Of a stretch of DNA of 62,587 bases, positions 26,483 to 35,618 are shown piece after piece. Source of the stretch: Patescibacteria group bacterium (GTDB lineage: Bacteria; Patescibacteriota; Patescibacteriia; 2-02-FULL-49-11); contig JBFLWV010000010.1 in NCBI GenBank assembly GCA_040757655.1, positions 1 through 62,587 of the forward strand, in the 5' to 3' direction. Each line of letters begins with the position of its first letter. Positions within the stretch are counted from its first letter, which is position 1. Both the position numbers and the translations under genes were made by a program. Below the pieces are notes generated by a model that worked only from the letters and a program-made list of their open reading frames with translations, was not told the DNA's origin and ran no database searches.

Positions 26483-26908
26483 TTAGAACTTCTTTTTGCC
26501 TTTCATGGTAAGGAGGCTCGCACTGATCATCTTGCTCAACTGCTCTGCCTCGTCTAATAACGGGGTGATTGTTTCCTTGGTAGATAACTTACTGTCGCGC
26601 AACAGACAAAACCAGTAGAGGGTCTCATTGCAGCTTTTAAGGGAAATTTCGTAATACTTAATGAACTCTCTTTTGGAACTTGAGGATTTCGCTTCTACGA
26701 GATTGGCGCCTATCGAGGTGGCTGATCGCAAGAGCTGGTCGGTGAAAATCGCGTAGATTCTGTCATGAGGAAAATCCTTAACTAACATGATGACATCCAA
26801 TGAAAACCGATAGGCACGGTACTTCACATGAGCTTTGAGATCTGAGCTGTGGTTTTGAGATTTGAGTTCTGACATTTGAGTTGATAATCTTGAATTGTTC
26901 TTTATCAT
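26483..26908 (-). CDS. Four-helix-bundle protein (23S rRNA IVS-protein family)
   Basis: Motifs QLLRSATSIGANLVEA and REFIKYYEISLKSCNETLYWF. Sits inside nested inverted repeat arms. The exact start is uncertain. Confidence 0.8.
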   Translation of the reverse strand: MIKNNSRLSTQMSELKSQNHSSDLKAHVKYRAYRFSLDVIMLVKDFPHDRIYAIFTDQLLRSATSIGANLVEAKSSSSKREFIKYYEISLKSCNETLYWFCLLRDSKLSTKETITPLLDEAEQLSKMISASLLTMKGKKKF

Positions 26909-26941
26909 TTTGCATTTTGGGATTTGGATTTTGGATTAGGG

Positions 26942-28873
26942 TTATTGCTGTTGTGTTGCTGTTTGCGCCCCTCCCGCAGCAGAGGGCGCCCCTTCCTGCT
27001 CCATCGTCTGGTCGAACTGGCGTTTGGCTTCCTCAATCTCCAAAAGCTGCCGAGGATCTGACGTGATGATCTGGTCCTCGGTGTAGGACGCAACCACCTT
27101 GATGGCCGCGTGCTTATTGCCCGCGAAGAAAATACCCTCTCCCACCCCGCTCTCGAGAAGCAGATACCGCTCCCCTTGCGTGAGGAGGAACACTTTTGCC
27201 ACCGCGTCAATGGCAGAAGGCGACTGGCGCAAGAGTATCTGGAGCCCGGAATTGTTCACAATCGCCTGCCCATAAGGGGATCCCAAGAAGTCATTCACAT
27301 CCTGCGTAATGGTGGAGAGGCCCAGGTAGTATTTGCGGCAGCGCTTTGCGAGGGCGTAGATGAATTTTGCAGAATCCTCGTGCTGCATAAGCCACCATGC
27401 CTCGTCAATGACAAGGATGCGTTTTTTAATGCTTGAGCGCACCACGTTCCAGATGAAATTGATGATGGTGTAGATTGCCATTGGACGGAGCTCGTCTTCC
27501 AAATCGCGCACCGAGAATACGACCAGCTGGTTATTGAGGTTAATGTTCGTGCGGTTATTGAGGAGCCCTGCAAACGTACCTTCAGTGTATTTTTTAAGTC
27601 GCAGCGCGATATCGTCGCCGCCTTCCATGCCGCGCAGGATATCCTCAAGGTCAGAGAGCACCGGCATTTCCGCGTGCGAAAGGTCCGAAGAGGGGGTAAT
27701 GTCTTTCTTGGCGTAGGTCTCAAGGATGGCGCGGTCGAGGAGCGAGTCCTCTTGGTGCGTGAGCTCCCCGATCATAATCCGGGTAAGCCCTTTGAGGGTA
27801 ATCACCGCGGAGCGGATGATATCGCCTGCCTTCGTGTCTTCCCCAACGGCACGGGGCAGGTCAAACGGGTTGATTTTGCTGTCAGAATTCAAGGATATGT
27901 TAATATAGGTGCCGCCCACCGCTTGCGCGAGGTATTGGTACTCGCGCTCCGGATCAATGATGATGACTTCCGTGCCGAACATGAGCGAGCGAAGGATCTC
28001 AAGCTTGATGGCATACGACTTGCCTGCGCCCGAGGTGGCAAACACCACCATGTTCGCATTTGGGAGCGAGAAACGGTCAAAAAGGACCAGGGAATTATTG
28101 TGGCGGTTGATGCCATAGAGCACCCCATGGTCGCTTGAGAGCTCCGCGGAAACAAAAGGGAATGACGATGCGGCAGGGGACGTATTCATGTTGAAACTTA
28201 CCCCCAGCTCATCAATGCCAAGGGGAAGCGTTGAATTGAACCCCTGCTCTGACTGCCAGGTGGCGCGCCGCGTAAACACGAGCTTTGATCCAATGAGGCT
28301 CTCCACCCGTTCAGTAAGCTTATTAAGCTCCTTAATGTCCGATGCGTACAAAGTAAGGTACAATGCACATTGGAAGAAGTGCTCTACCCCTTGAGTAATG
28401 TCATCACGCAGCTTTTCAATGTCTTGAAGGGCGGTCTCGCGTACCGGGTCGCGCGGAGCTCCTTTTTCCCGGTCTGCGGCAAGCTGCGCTTCCAGCACGC
28501 CTACTTTGTTCCTTAATTGCTTTAAGATGATTTCAGGATCAATGGGGTAAAAAAACATTCCCACGTCAAAGGTGGCGCTTAAGTCAATGATCGGCTCAAA
28601 CCATCCAACCGACACATAGCGAGGATAGGTGACCACGAACATCGTGCGCAGGAACATCCCCCCCAGTTCCAGATGGTCTGGCTGCACCCGAAGGGAAGAG
28701 GGCGCGATGAAGTCGCGGATGGACACTACCCCTTCCCGGTAGACTTTTTCCGCGCGCAGGAGCTCTTCTGAAGGAAGAGCGCCCTTTTCCACCCGCGCCG
28801 CCTCTCCTTGCGCTCTTGATACCGCTGAAGGAGCCTTTGGGGCGGACGATTTTTTCTTTAAGAAGTTGAACAT
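26942..28873 (-). CDS. virB4: VirB4/TrbE/PrgJ-family T4SS ATPase
   Basis: Walker A FATSGAGKSYAIK and Walker B ILVIDEAWWLM, with an N-terminal VirB4-type domain. The ATG at 28873 is preferred. Confidence 0.85.
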   Translation of the reverse strand: MFNFLKKKSSAPKAPSAVSRAQGEAARVEKGALPSEELLRAEKVYREGVVSIRDFIAPSSLRVQPDHLELGGMFLRTMFVVTYPRYVSVGWFEPIIDLSATFDVGMFFYPIDPEIILKQLRNKVGVLEAQLAADREKGAPRDPVRETALQDIEKLRDDITQGVEHFFQCALYLTLYASDIKELNKLTERVESLIGSKLVFTRRATWQSEQGFNSTLPLGIDELGVSFNMNTSPAASSFPFVSAELSSDHGVLYGINRHNNSLVLFDRFSLPNANMVVFATSGAGKSYAIKLEILRSLMFGTEVIIIDPEREYQYLAQAVGGTYINISLNSDSKINPFDLPRAVGEDTKAGDIIRSAVITLKGLTRIMIGELTHQEDSLLDRAILETYAKKDITPSSDLSHAEMPVLSDLEDILRGMEGGDDIALRLKKYTEGTFAGLLNNRTNINLNNQLVVFSVRDLEDELRPMAIYTIINFIWNVVRSSIKKRILVIDEAWWLMQHEDSAKFIYALAKRCRKYYLGLSTITQDVNDFLGSPYGQAIVNNSGLQILLRQSPSAIDAVAKVFLLTQGERYLLLESGVGEGIFFAGNKHAAIKVVASYTEDQIITSDPRQLLEIEEAKRQFDQTMEQEGAPSAAGGAQTATQQQ

Positions 28874-28887
28874 GAACTTTAATGTAA

Positions 28888-28972
28888 ACCCCAAAATCCA
28901 AAAACCAAAATGATAATCAAGAATTTATAAATTTTGGGCTATCATTTTGCATTTTGGGATTTGGATTTTAAA
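28888..28972. repeat. Miniature palindromic element (caaaatgata ... tatcattttg core)
   Basis: Left arm ccccaaaatccaaaaaccaaaatgataatc; right arm gctatcattttgcattttgggatttggatttt. Confidence 0.8.
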
Positions 28973-28981
28973 TTAGTACCG

Positions 28982-29668
28982 TTATTCTTCCACCTCCATC
29001 TTCTCCATCGCGGGCGCTCTTTCGCTCACCATCACCTCTGGATTGTAGGTCGCATAGAGAAGTTCTATAAGCGACTGGGTATCAAGCTCCACCGCATTCA
29101 AACCCATCGCCTGCAGGCCGCCTCGCAGGTGCGCCACATTCCTATCAAGTGATAAGCGGTACTGCCGGAATTTCTCTTCCTTCATTTTAATAAGTTTGGT
29201 AAGTGAGAATGTTTCGGAGAGTCTGGTAACGAGACTCTTCTGTTTATCAGAAACCGGATTATAGGGAACCGCGACATAGAACCGCTTCGACACAATATCG
29301 CCAAGGCTCACGAGCTCCGTAATGAATTGCCGGTAATCTGCCATCTGAATGCGGAGAAGGTCATTGGACTGCTCCCGTTCGCGCTGTTTCAGGTCGTCAA
29401 GGTACGTATCAATGAGAAAGCGGCGCGACTGAATGATGATTTGCACGGAAAAGGAAAGTGAATTGAGAAACGAAATGTATCCCTGGACCGTGGCCGCCTG
29501 CTCTTCGGGAGATTTGAGCGCAAAGTTCACTGAGGACACGAGGAGTACTGCGCGGAGGCTCCCATCCTTGAGGATAATCGTATTATCACGAACCTCCGCA
29601 ATCGGCAAATACCGCTGGGTTGATGGCGGATGAGTCTTTTTCTTACTGACGCCTGGTTGGATGGACAT
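28982..29668 (-). CDS. Hypothetical T4SS-associated protein resembling a stand-alone VirB4 N-terminal domain
   Basis: The segment LPIAEVRDNTIILKDGSLRAVLLVSSVNFALKSPEEQAATVQGY resembles the N-domain start of VirB4/TraC-type ATPases. It has no Walker motifs. The ATG at 29668 follows aaggaagg. Confidence 0.45.
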   Translation of the reverse strand: MSIQPGVSKKKTHPPSTQRYLPIAEVRDNTIILKDGSLRAVLLVSSVNFALKSPEEQAATVQGYISFLNSLSFSVQIIIQSRRFLIDTYLDDLKQREREQSNDLLRIQMADYRQFITELVSLGDIVSKRFYVAVPYNPVSDKQKSLVTRLSETFSLTKLIKMKEEKFRQYRLSLDRNVAHLRGGLQAMGLNAVELDTQSLIELLYATYNPEVMVSERAPAMEKMEVEE

Positions 29669-29682
29669 ACCTTCCTTAATGT

Positions 29683-29792
29683 AAAAACCAAAATCCAAAA
29701 ATCAAAATGATAGATGATAATCCAAAATATTTGAGGTTATCGTCCCGAAGGGACTCTTTCATTTTGGATTTTGGGATTTGCATTTTGCATTA
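29683..29792. repeat. Palindromic intergenic element with gtccc-gaa-gggac core
   Basis: Arms aaaaccaaaatccaaaaatcaaaatgata and tttcattttggattttgggatttgcattttgcatt. Core at 29742..29754. Confidence 0.8.
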
Positions 29793-30218
29793 TTTATCTT
29801 GCTCTGCCTCATACACCCCTCCCGTATCCACTTCAAGCGCAAGCTCCGCAAGACGGGCGTGACTAAAGCGTCGATGAGGCTGTTCAAGTACGGCAGATAC
29901 CTCCTCGCCCTGCATGGTCGCTTCAAGACTCTCCGCATCAGATTTGCTCCACACCCGCAATGAGGGTTTCATCCCGAGCTGAAACACAGAAAGAAGAAAA
30001 TGATGAAAATACCTTCCATTTACTTTATAAAAGCCAAAGAGCCCCACCAGTCCAAACGTGACGAGCGCAATGAGGATAAACAGAGAGATGTCAAACAGCT
30101 TGTAGCATATCACAAGGAAGAGGCCGGCCACGATCATTATGATGAACTGCCGCGTGGTAATCGGCCCTAAGATTTTATCTTCCACATCGATAAATTGTGG
30201 CACGACGAATTGATCCAT
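29790..30218 (-). CDS. PrgI-family (VirB3-like) small T4SS membrane protein
   Basis: The N-terminus FIDVEDKILGPITTRQFIIMIVAGLF followed by two TM helices is the PrgI-family pattern. The ATG at 30218 follows aaggaagg. Confidence 0.6.
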   Translation of the reverse strand: MDQFVVPQFIDVEDKILGPITTRQFIIMIVAGLFLVICYKLFDISLFILIALVTFGLVGLFGFYKVNGRYFHHFLLSVFQLGMKPSLRVWSKSDAESLEATMQGEEVSAVLEQPHRRFSHARLAELALEVDTGGVYEAEQDK

Positions 30219-30232
30219 ACCTTCCTTAATGT

Positions 30233-30345
30233 AAACTCCAAAATTCAAAACCCAAAATGATATATTATAATTTAAAATATTTGAGGGGATCGTCCCGACC
30301 GCGTCGGGACACCTTCATTTTGATTTTTAGGATTTGATTTTTGCA
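30233..30345. repeat. Palindromic intergenic element with gtcccgac-cgc-gtcgggac core
   Basis: Core at 30291..30309. Arms ctccaaaattcaaaacccaaaatgata and ccttcattttgatttttaggatttgatttttgcatt. Confidence 0.8.
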
Positions 30346-30351
30346 TTACTA

Positions 30352-31650
30352 CTAGTATGCCAGTTTTCGGTTGATGTCCGCAATAGCGTCAAATTCATCT
30401 TTGGTAAACACCGGATGCTTTTTCTTCACGTGCTCCTCGATCACGTGCGCCACGTCCATCCCTTTCTCGAGGCTTTCTGCGCCGACCACCAGATACAGCT
30501 GATGCAAGGGTGATGATTTCCAGGCGAGCACTCCCTCGTTTCTCTTCAAAAGCGATTCATCAGCGAGCAATTCTATTTTTTCCACCACCTTTGCGGCCAT
30601 CATGGGCGCCGTGGCGCCTAAACGACGGAAATCTTCAATCGTCATAGTTTTGAGTTCGTCAATTGGCCCCATCACCCTCCGAAAGGTGCGCACATCCGTG
30701 ACCGTCGAACGTAATTCTGCCGCTGGCGCCTTCGGAGGCGCGACAGGAGGAGAGACTTTGACTGGAGGCGTAACCGCTTGACGAGCCACTTCTGTTATGG
30801 CTTCTGGCTTCTGGCTTCTGGCTTCTGGCTTATAGGATGGATGCACAAACGGCCGCGGTTCCTTGACCACAAGTGACGGCACCTCAAATGGCTTTGCAGG
30901 AGCCGCAGCAACACGAGCAATCGCAGGTCCTCCCCCTTCCTTCTGTGGGACACGCAAAGGCGCGGGAGCTTCTTCTTCTGGTTTCACTGGAGTCACTTTC
31001 ACTCCTCGCACTTCATCTTCAAACGCGCCTCGTCGCTCCTCTATAAACTGGAGAAGCGTCTGCGCGGCTGCATTATCCATATTCACACCTCCCAATTCCC
31101 GCGGCCGCATCAACACCTCTTTTGTTTCCATGAGATCCCTTACGTCTCTGAGTCGAGAAACAATGACCCGCACAAGCCGAGGACGAATCTCTGGGTCAAC
31201 CGGGAGGTTTGCTGTCTTCAAAATTTCATCTGCCTTCTTATTCACGAGCTCGTGGATCTTCTCAATGCGCTCTTTATCGCCCGCCTGACGGTACCCGTCA
31301 ATTTCCTCCTCATCGCCCACATCTACATAATAACGGGCAACGGGCTTCAGAGCCTGCCTAGCGGCCACAGGCGGAGATGCGCGTGCGGGCACGTCTGCAC
31401 GCGCGGGAGGCGTGGTCGGCGATTTCACCGGTGCGCCAACCGGGAGAGGAGCACGTTCGAGACCTATGTGCTTTACGCGATCATTATGAGATGCGCGCGA
31501 CGCATCCCAATCCTCCAGTTTGCCGTTCTTGAGCACCTTGAAACGCCCGTCCGCATCACGGACGACCAGCTCATTCATTGGATTGTGCACCACAGAATCT
31601 GCCATACCGTTACTATGTGTTAAAACTGGTTGCAGTGAACATTTTATCAT
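30352..31650 (-). CDS. Hypothetical Pro/Ala-rich protein containing a 7-bp tandem repeat
   Basis: 432 aa. Its start overlaps the upstream stop in an ATGA arrangement (31647-31650). No motif recognised. Confidence 0.6.
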   Translation of the reverse strand: MIKCSLQPVLTHSNGMADSVVHNPMNELVVRDADGRFKVLKNGKLEDWDASRASHNDRVKHIGLERAPLPVGAPVKSPTTPPARADVPARASPPVAARQALKPVARYYVDVGDEEEIDGYRQAGDKERIEKIHELVNKKADEILKTANLPVDPEIRPRLVRVIVSRLRDVRDLMETKEVLMRPRELGGVNMDNAAAQTLLQFIEERRGAFEDEVRGVKVTPVKPEEEAPAPLRVPQKEGGGPAIARVAAAPAKPFEVPSLVVKEPRPFVHPSYKPEARSQKPEAITEVARQAVTPPVKVSPPVAPPKAPAAELRSTVTDVRTFRRVMGPIDELKTMTIEDFRRLGATAPMMAAKVVEKIELLADESLLKRNEGVLAWKSSPLHQLYLVVGAESLEKGMDVAHVIEEHVKKKHPVFTKDEFDAIADINRKLAY

Positions 31651-32420
31651 GTTTTGAACTTCTCACGAATCCGTGCCTGCTCAACCTGGTACCATTTCTG
31701 CTCGTCATCTAATTTCTTTTCCAGCGATTCAACCAATTTCCTCATCAACCAGTCGGTTTTATTGATGAGTTCCAGGAATATCTCGCATGTCAAGTCTTCC
31801 GGTTGAATCTTGGCTAAAGGAGAATAAAGGACAGTTAAAGGACGATACGTGAAATTATTATCCTTTATCATCCTATATCTTCCTTTATCACCCTGTAACG
31901 CGCGATGAAATTCCCCAAGGTCAGTGCCGATGCTCTCAAAACTCGATCCTGGTCTAGATCTTAAAAACCCATCCTCGGTCATCTCGCGCACATCGCCTTT
32001 CACTTCTTCCAAACTGCCTTGACTGTAACTGATGAAATCGAGATACTCCCGCGTCGTCGCTCGCTTGTAGCCCTCCTCAATGTTCCGCACCACGCTCCTG
32101 GCAGCGTCATCAACCTGTGCTTTCCTGCGATATTCAGATTTCGGCAACGCATCAGTCGTGAGACGAACCAAATAGCGCAGCAATACAGCGTTCGACCACT
32201 GCACCAGGTAGCGATATCCTTCCGGATCCTGCCATACCCGTGATCGCTGTTGCGGACGCTCTGGCTGCGATAATTCCCATAGGGTTTTCATCCGCATGAA
32301 GGCTCCTACTTCGCTAGAATTCAATCCCGCCAAATCACAATGAGGAAAATCATTTGGTGCTTGTGACCAATCGGGATTATGGTCATCAAATTTTGCTATA
32401 AACTTTTTCACGTCCGACAT
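31647..32420 (-). CDS. Extended four-helix-bundle-family protein (257 aa)
   Basis: The core DDAARSVVRNIEEGYKRATTREYLDFISYSQGSLEEVKGDV matches the family motif (aNIaEG...f..fl.iA.gSl.E), with extra N- and C-terminal regions. Confidence 0.65.
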   Translation of the reverse strand: MSDVKKFIAKFDDHNPDWSQAPNDFPHCDLAGLNSSEVGAFMRMKTLWELSQPERPQQRSRVWQDPEGYRYLVQWSNAVLLRYLVRLTTDALPKSEYRRKAQVDDAARSVVRNIEEGYKRATTREYLDFISYSQGSLEEVKGDVREMTEDGFLRSRPGSSFESIGTDLGEFHRALQGDKGRYRMIKDNNFTYRPLTVLYSPLAKIQPEDLTCEIFLELINKTDWLMRKLVESLEKKLDDEQKWYQVEQARIREKFKT

Positions 32421-32483
32421 ATCGAGCCTTTATTTACGTTCAACCATCCTTTATCCTCCTCTTTCTTCCTTTATATCATCCAA

Positions 32484-32558
32484 CCACCTGAACTCACCCG
32501 TCTCTAAATCTCCATATGCTAAATGAGAATATTCAAGTTCGCCTGCCTTGCGGCATTC
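32484..32558 (-). pseudogene. Copy 4 (most diverged) of the 3' coding end of the 474-aa gene
   Basis: Translates ECRKAGELEYSHLAYGDLETGEFRW, versus ECRKAGDEEYAHLAYGDLETGEFKW in the intact gene. Confidence 0.7.
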
Positions 32559-32817
32559 ACCCCGTTAGAGAAAGGAAACGCTTCAAGCGATTTTTAAGAT
32601 ACCGCTTCCCCATCCCAGTCTTCAGATATTTTTCCCGAACTCGCGCATCATGGTCATTAATGCAAGCTTCATAGTAAATCAACTGAAATGGACCCCTGCC
32701 TGTTGTCGATGTTACCTTTCCTTCATTGTGCTCCCTGAAGCGTTTCCGTAGATCGCCCGAAGAACCTGTATACCATTTCCTATCCTTTAAACTTTGCAAA
32801 ACGTACGTATAGACCAT
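32557..32817 (-). CDS. GIY-YIG nuclease superfamily protein (stand-alone, 86 aa)
   Basis: VYTYVL...KWYTGSSGDLRKRFREHNEG is the GIY-(10)-YTG...R..EH signature. Confidence 0.85.
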   Translation of the reverse strand: MVYTYVLQSLKDRKWYTGSSGDLRKRFREHNEGKVTSTTGRGPFQLIYYEACINDHDARVREKYLKTGMGKRYLKNRLKRFLSLTG

Positions 32818-32943
32818 AAACTTACTTCTCTAGCCCGTTAAAACTATTCCTCTTAATGCTCTCTACGCGACAATGTCATAAATAATATATGCCAGATATA
32901 TCTCGTGACTCAGCTCAACTTTTAACGGGCTCTAACGGGGTAA

Positions 32944-33045
32944 ATTCCACTTAAACGTCCCTGTCTCCAAATCCCCCCGCCTAAATCTCTGCAAGAAAAT
33001 TGGGCGGGCGTCGGTTAATTTTTAACGTTCTATCAAAATATGTTT
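32944..33045 (-). pseudogene. Copy 3 of the 3' coding end of the 474-aa gene (tail variant beta)
   Basis: Near-identical to 33693..33795. Translates KHILIER*KLTDARPIFLQRFRRGDLETGTFKWN. Confidence 0.75.
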
Positions 33046-33069
33046 CGGATTATCCACTGTGCCCGTACC

Positions 33070-33165
33070 TTGACAAAAAATTCATACGTGCTATACTTTT
33101 TTTGCCTTGCTAAGGCAAGGCGGAACCAAATTTTCCTCGGGTAACACCGAGGAACTTTTTATTTC
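33070..33165 (+). ncRNA. Predicted ~60-nt transcript (promoter + two hairpins + terminator) convergent on NYN gene 1
   Basis: TTGACA (33070-33075)-16 nt-TATACT (33092-33097). Then hairpin gccttgc-taag-gcaaggc, then ttcctcgg-gtaaca-ccgaggaa followed by ctttttattt. Confidence 0.55.
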
Positions 33166-33677
33166 ATCAACTCAAATTCATTCCGCAGTTTCTTTAAATC
33201 AATAAACTTCGCCTGTTGCACGAGATCCAGTGCGACACTCCCTTTCGTGGACATGACTACGCATCGTTTGCCATGCGCTTTAAGAAATTTGAGTAAAAAT
33301 GCAAAATCGCTGTCACCGGACAATAAAATGAATGACTGATAATCGAGAAGCGTATGAACCGCGTCAATGGTAAGCTCAACATCAAGATTGCCCTTATGGA
33401 ATCCTCCTTCATCGCGCAACTGATCCCTGATAAACTTCACCTTCTTTGTACGAACAGTATACCCTATCAAATCGAGAAAATCGAGAAAACGTCTCTGCTT
33501 ATCCGATGTGGGGTCATACGCGGTATAGAAATAACAGCGATGAAGTTCGGCTTCGCGTGCGAAGTAAACAAGCAACTTTTGAAAATCAATGCGCCAACCA
33601 AGCCTCTTTTGGGAATGATAAATATTAGAGGCATCAATGCATATTATTGTCTTTCCATGAACAAAGGTGGAAATCAT
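33159..33677 (-). CDS. NYN-domain (LabA/DUF88, PIN-like) putative RNase, copy 1
   Basis: Motifs IICIDASNIYH and ILLSGDSDFAFLLKFLKAHGKRCVVMS. The ATG at 33677 lies 11 nt after the stop of tail copy 2. Confidence 0.85.
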   Translation of the reverse strand: MISTFVHGKTIICIDASNIYHSQKRLGWRIDFQKLLVYFAREAELHRCYFYTAYDPTSDKQRRFLDFLDLIGYTVRTKKVKFIRDQLRDEGGFHKGNLDVELTIDAVHTLLDYQSFILLSGDSDFAFLLKFLKAHGKRCVVMSTKGSVALDLVQQAKFIDLKKLRNEFELMK

Positions 33678-33688
33678 AAATACGTTTA

Positions 33689-33952
33689 TTACGCATTCCA
33701 CTTAAACGTCCCGGTCTCCAAATCCCCCCGCCTAAATCTCTGCAAGAAAATTGGGCGGGCGTCGGTTAATTTTTAACGTTCTATCAAAATATGTTTCAAA
33801 AACGCTAAGAAATACTTCGGTGCAGCAGGATCTTTCAAAAATTCCTGCACGGGCGTTGCATGCAACGCCCCTACATTATCCCCTGATTCCTGATTCATAA
33901 TTCTTGATTCCCGCTTCTCAAGTTGATGTCTCCAATACTTCACGAATCGTTC
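33689..33952 (-). pseudogene. Copy 2 of the 3' coding end of the 474-aa gene (constant part + in-frame TAA + tail variant beta)
   Basis: ERFVKYWRHQLEKRESRIMNQESGDNVGALHATPVQEFLKDPAAPKYFLAFLKHILIER*KLTDARPIFLQRFRRGDLETGTFKWNA*. The first roughly 170 bp is close to identical to 35770..35945. Confidence 0.8.
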
Positions 33953-33983
33953 TGGTCGGCTATCCATACACGGATGTCCCCAC

Positions 33984-34068
33984 TTGACAAACATTTACAA
34001 TACTATATACTGTAAATGTGATTTGACTCTGGAGTGCCTTGTAAAAGGCAGCTCCAGATTCTTTTTTA
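33984..34068 (+). ncRNA. Predicted ~50-nt transcript convergent on NYN gene 2
   Basis: TTGACA (33984-33989)-16 nt-TATACT (34006-34011). Then hairpin ctggagtgcc-ttgtaaaa-ggcagctccag followed by attctttttt. Confidence 0.55.
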
Positions 34069-34575
34069 TCTCGCAATTTCCGTCTTAAGTTTCCGAAAAT
34101 CGACAAACTTCGCAACTTCCAACAACTCTCGCGCTATATGACCGCGGGTGGACATCACGATCACTCTTTTCCCTTTTTCCTTCACGCGCTCCAATACCGG
34201 CGCGAAATCACTGTCGCCAGAGACAAGAATAGCCGTATCATAACGATCTGCGAGCTCCATCATCTCTAACGCGAGTTCAATATCAAGGCTTCCCTTCCGT
34301 TTGCTCGTGCCATCACTTGAATTGATTTCCTTAATCACTTTTGTGCGTACGATGTAGCCGTTGATCTCCAGCATGTCCAGAAACTTGCGCTCGCCAACCT
34401 TGTTGTCATTGAATGCTGTGTACGCGAAGCACTTCACCGAAACACCGCACTCATGCTTAAAATACGCCATTAATTTCTCATACCCAACGCTCCATCCGAG
34501 CGTACGTCTCGTGAAAAAGACGTTCGCCACATCAATGAATACGTATACTCGCCCTTGAATGTATTTTGAAATCAT
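34066..34575 (-). CDS. NYN-domain (LabA/DUF88, PIN-like) putative RNase, copy 2
   Basis: Motifs VFIDVANVFF and ILVSGDSDFAPVLERVKEKGKRVIVMS. The ATG at 34575 lies 11 nt after the TGA of tail copy 1. Confidence 0.85.
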   Translation of the reverse strand: MISKYIQGRVYVFIDVANVFFTRRTLGWSVGYEKLMAYFKHECGVSVKCFAYTAFNDNKVGERKFLDMLEINGYIVRTKVIKEINSSDGTSKRKGSLDIELALEMMELADRYDTAILVSGDSDFAPVLERVKEKGKRVIVMSTRGHIARELLEVAKFVDFRKLKTEIAR

Positions 34576-34586
34576 ATCATTTACAT

Positions 34587-34742
34587 TCACGCATTCCACC
34601 TGAATTCTCCCGTTTCCAGATCGCCGTATGCCAAGTGTGCGTACTCCTCATCTCCGGCTTTGCGGCATTCATTGCTTAAGGTCAAAACCGCCAGTTTCGC
34701 GCTTTCTTCAGTTAATTTTAAACGATCAATCGGGATATACCT
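34587..34742 (-). pseudogene. Copy 1 of the 3' coding end of the 474-aa gene (tail variant alpha, last 47 codons)
   Basis: Translates IDRLKLTEESAKLAVLTLSNECRKAGDEEYAHLAYGDLETGEFRWNA*. Near-identical to 35619..35765. Confidence 0.85.
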
Positions 34743-34756
34743 CAAGATTATTAACA

Positions 34757-34846
34757 TTGACAAAAAAAATCATAATGCTATGCTGTCAATGTACCTCCCT
34801 TATCTAAGGCTCTCTCGAGTACAGGTAACGGGGGTGTTTTTATTAT
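34757..34846 (+). ncRNA. Predicted ~55-nt transcript convergent on the DUF3800 gene
   Basis: TTGACA (34757-34762)-16 nt-TATGCT (34779-34784). Then a structured segment ending in gggggtgtttttatt, about 10 nt before the DUF3800 stop. Confidence 0.45.
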
Positions 34847-34855
34847 GAACAGTTC

Positions 34856-35467
34856 TTATAAGTGCAATAATATCTTCTCTTTATTCATGATCATTTCGTG
34901 ATAGTGGGGATCGCCCCGCTCATACTCTCTAAAAATACTCCCCGCAATCATATCTGCTATCTGGATCATCGCATTGTTCCGAGAACGTTGCTGCCTGATT
35001 TTTCTAACCACATTCTTGCTCATATACTGTTTAAGCACCGCATTGAATTCTCGCCGATGGATTTGAGCTGACGCTTCGTCAATGACGAGGACAGATTCAA
35101 CTATCGGCGGATCGTTATCATAAAACAATCTTCTCACTGCTTCGCAGTAGAGCTGATGGGGATGGAACTTCAGTGCTGGCGCGGTAAGTTCACGTTTATC
35201 AACAACGACTGCCTTATAGCGGATTAACCGCTCTGATAACGTACGCAAAAACGCTTCGCGAAATGTACGCTTGCATCGTGAAAACTTAAACTCAAAATCC
35301 TGCGCCAATCGCAATTCCAACCTTAACCTTTCCATTGTAATCTCAATCTCCTTCGCCTCGCATCCAAGAAACACCGCTGCCACTACAAAAAATCTCGAGG
35401 ATCCGCGTTCAAACTTGAAACCACAATCACTTGCTTCGTCTATCCAGAGATATGATATTGTCTCCAT
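34856..35467 (-). CDS. DUF3800-family protein
   Basis: N-terminus YLWIDEASDCGFKFERGSSRFFVVAAVF and C-terminal IQIADMIAGSI are typical DUF3800 motifs. The ATG at 35467 is preferred. Confidence 0.7.
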   Translation of the reverse strand: METISYLWIDEASDCGFKFERGSSRFFVVAAVFLGCEAKEIEITMERLRLELRLAQDFEFKFSRCKRTFREAFLRTLSERLIRYKAVVVDKRELTAPALKFHPHQLYCEAVRRLFYDNDPPIVESVLVIDEASAQIHRREFNAVLKQYMSKNVVRKIRQQRSRNNAMIQIADMIAGSIFREYERGDPHYHEMIMNKEKILLHL

Positions 35468-35618
35468 AATTATAGCACAATAATCTATCTCATATCCTAG
35501 CTGCAATTTCCTTAAGTCATACAAGCATCACTCACTCGCGATCGCGAGTCTTTGATTCCTTTCGGATTTAAGCCCTTCAGACACATGTCTGCGTAAGTCC
35601 GCGCAAGTCCGCGTTTAC

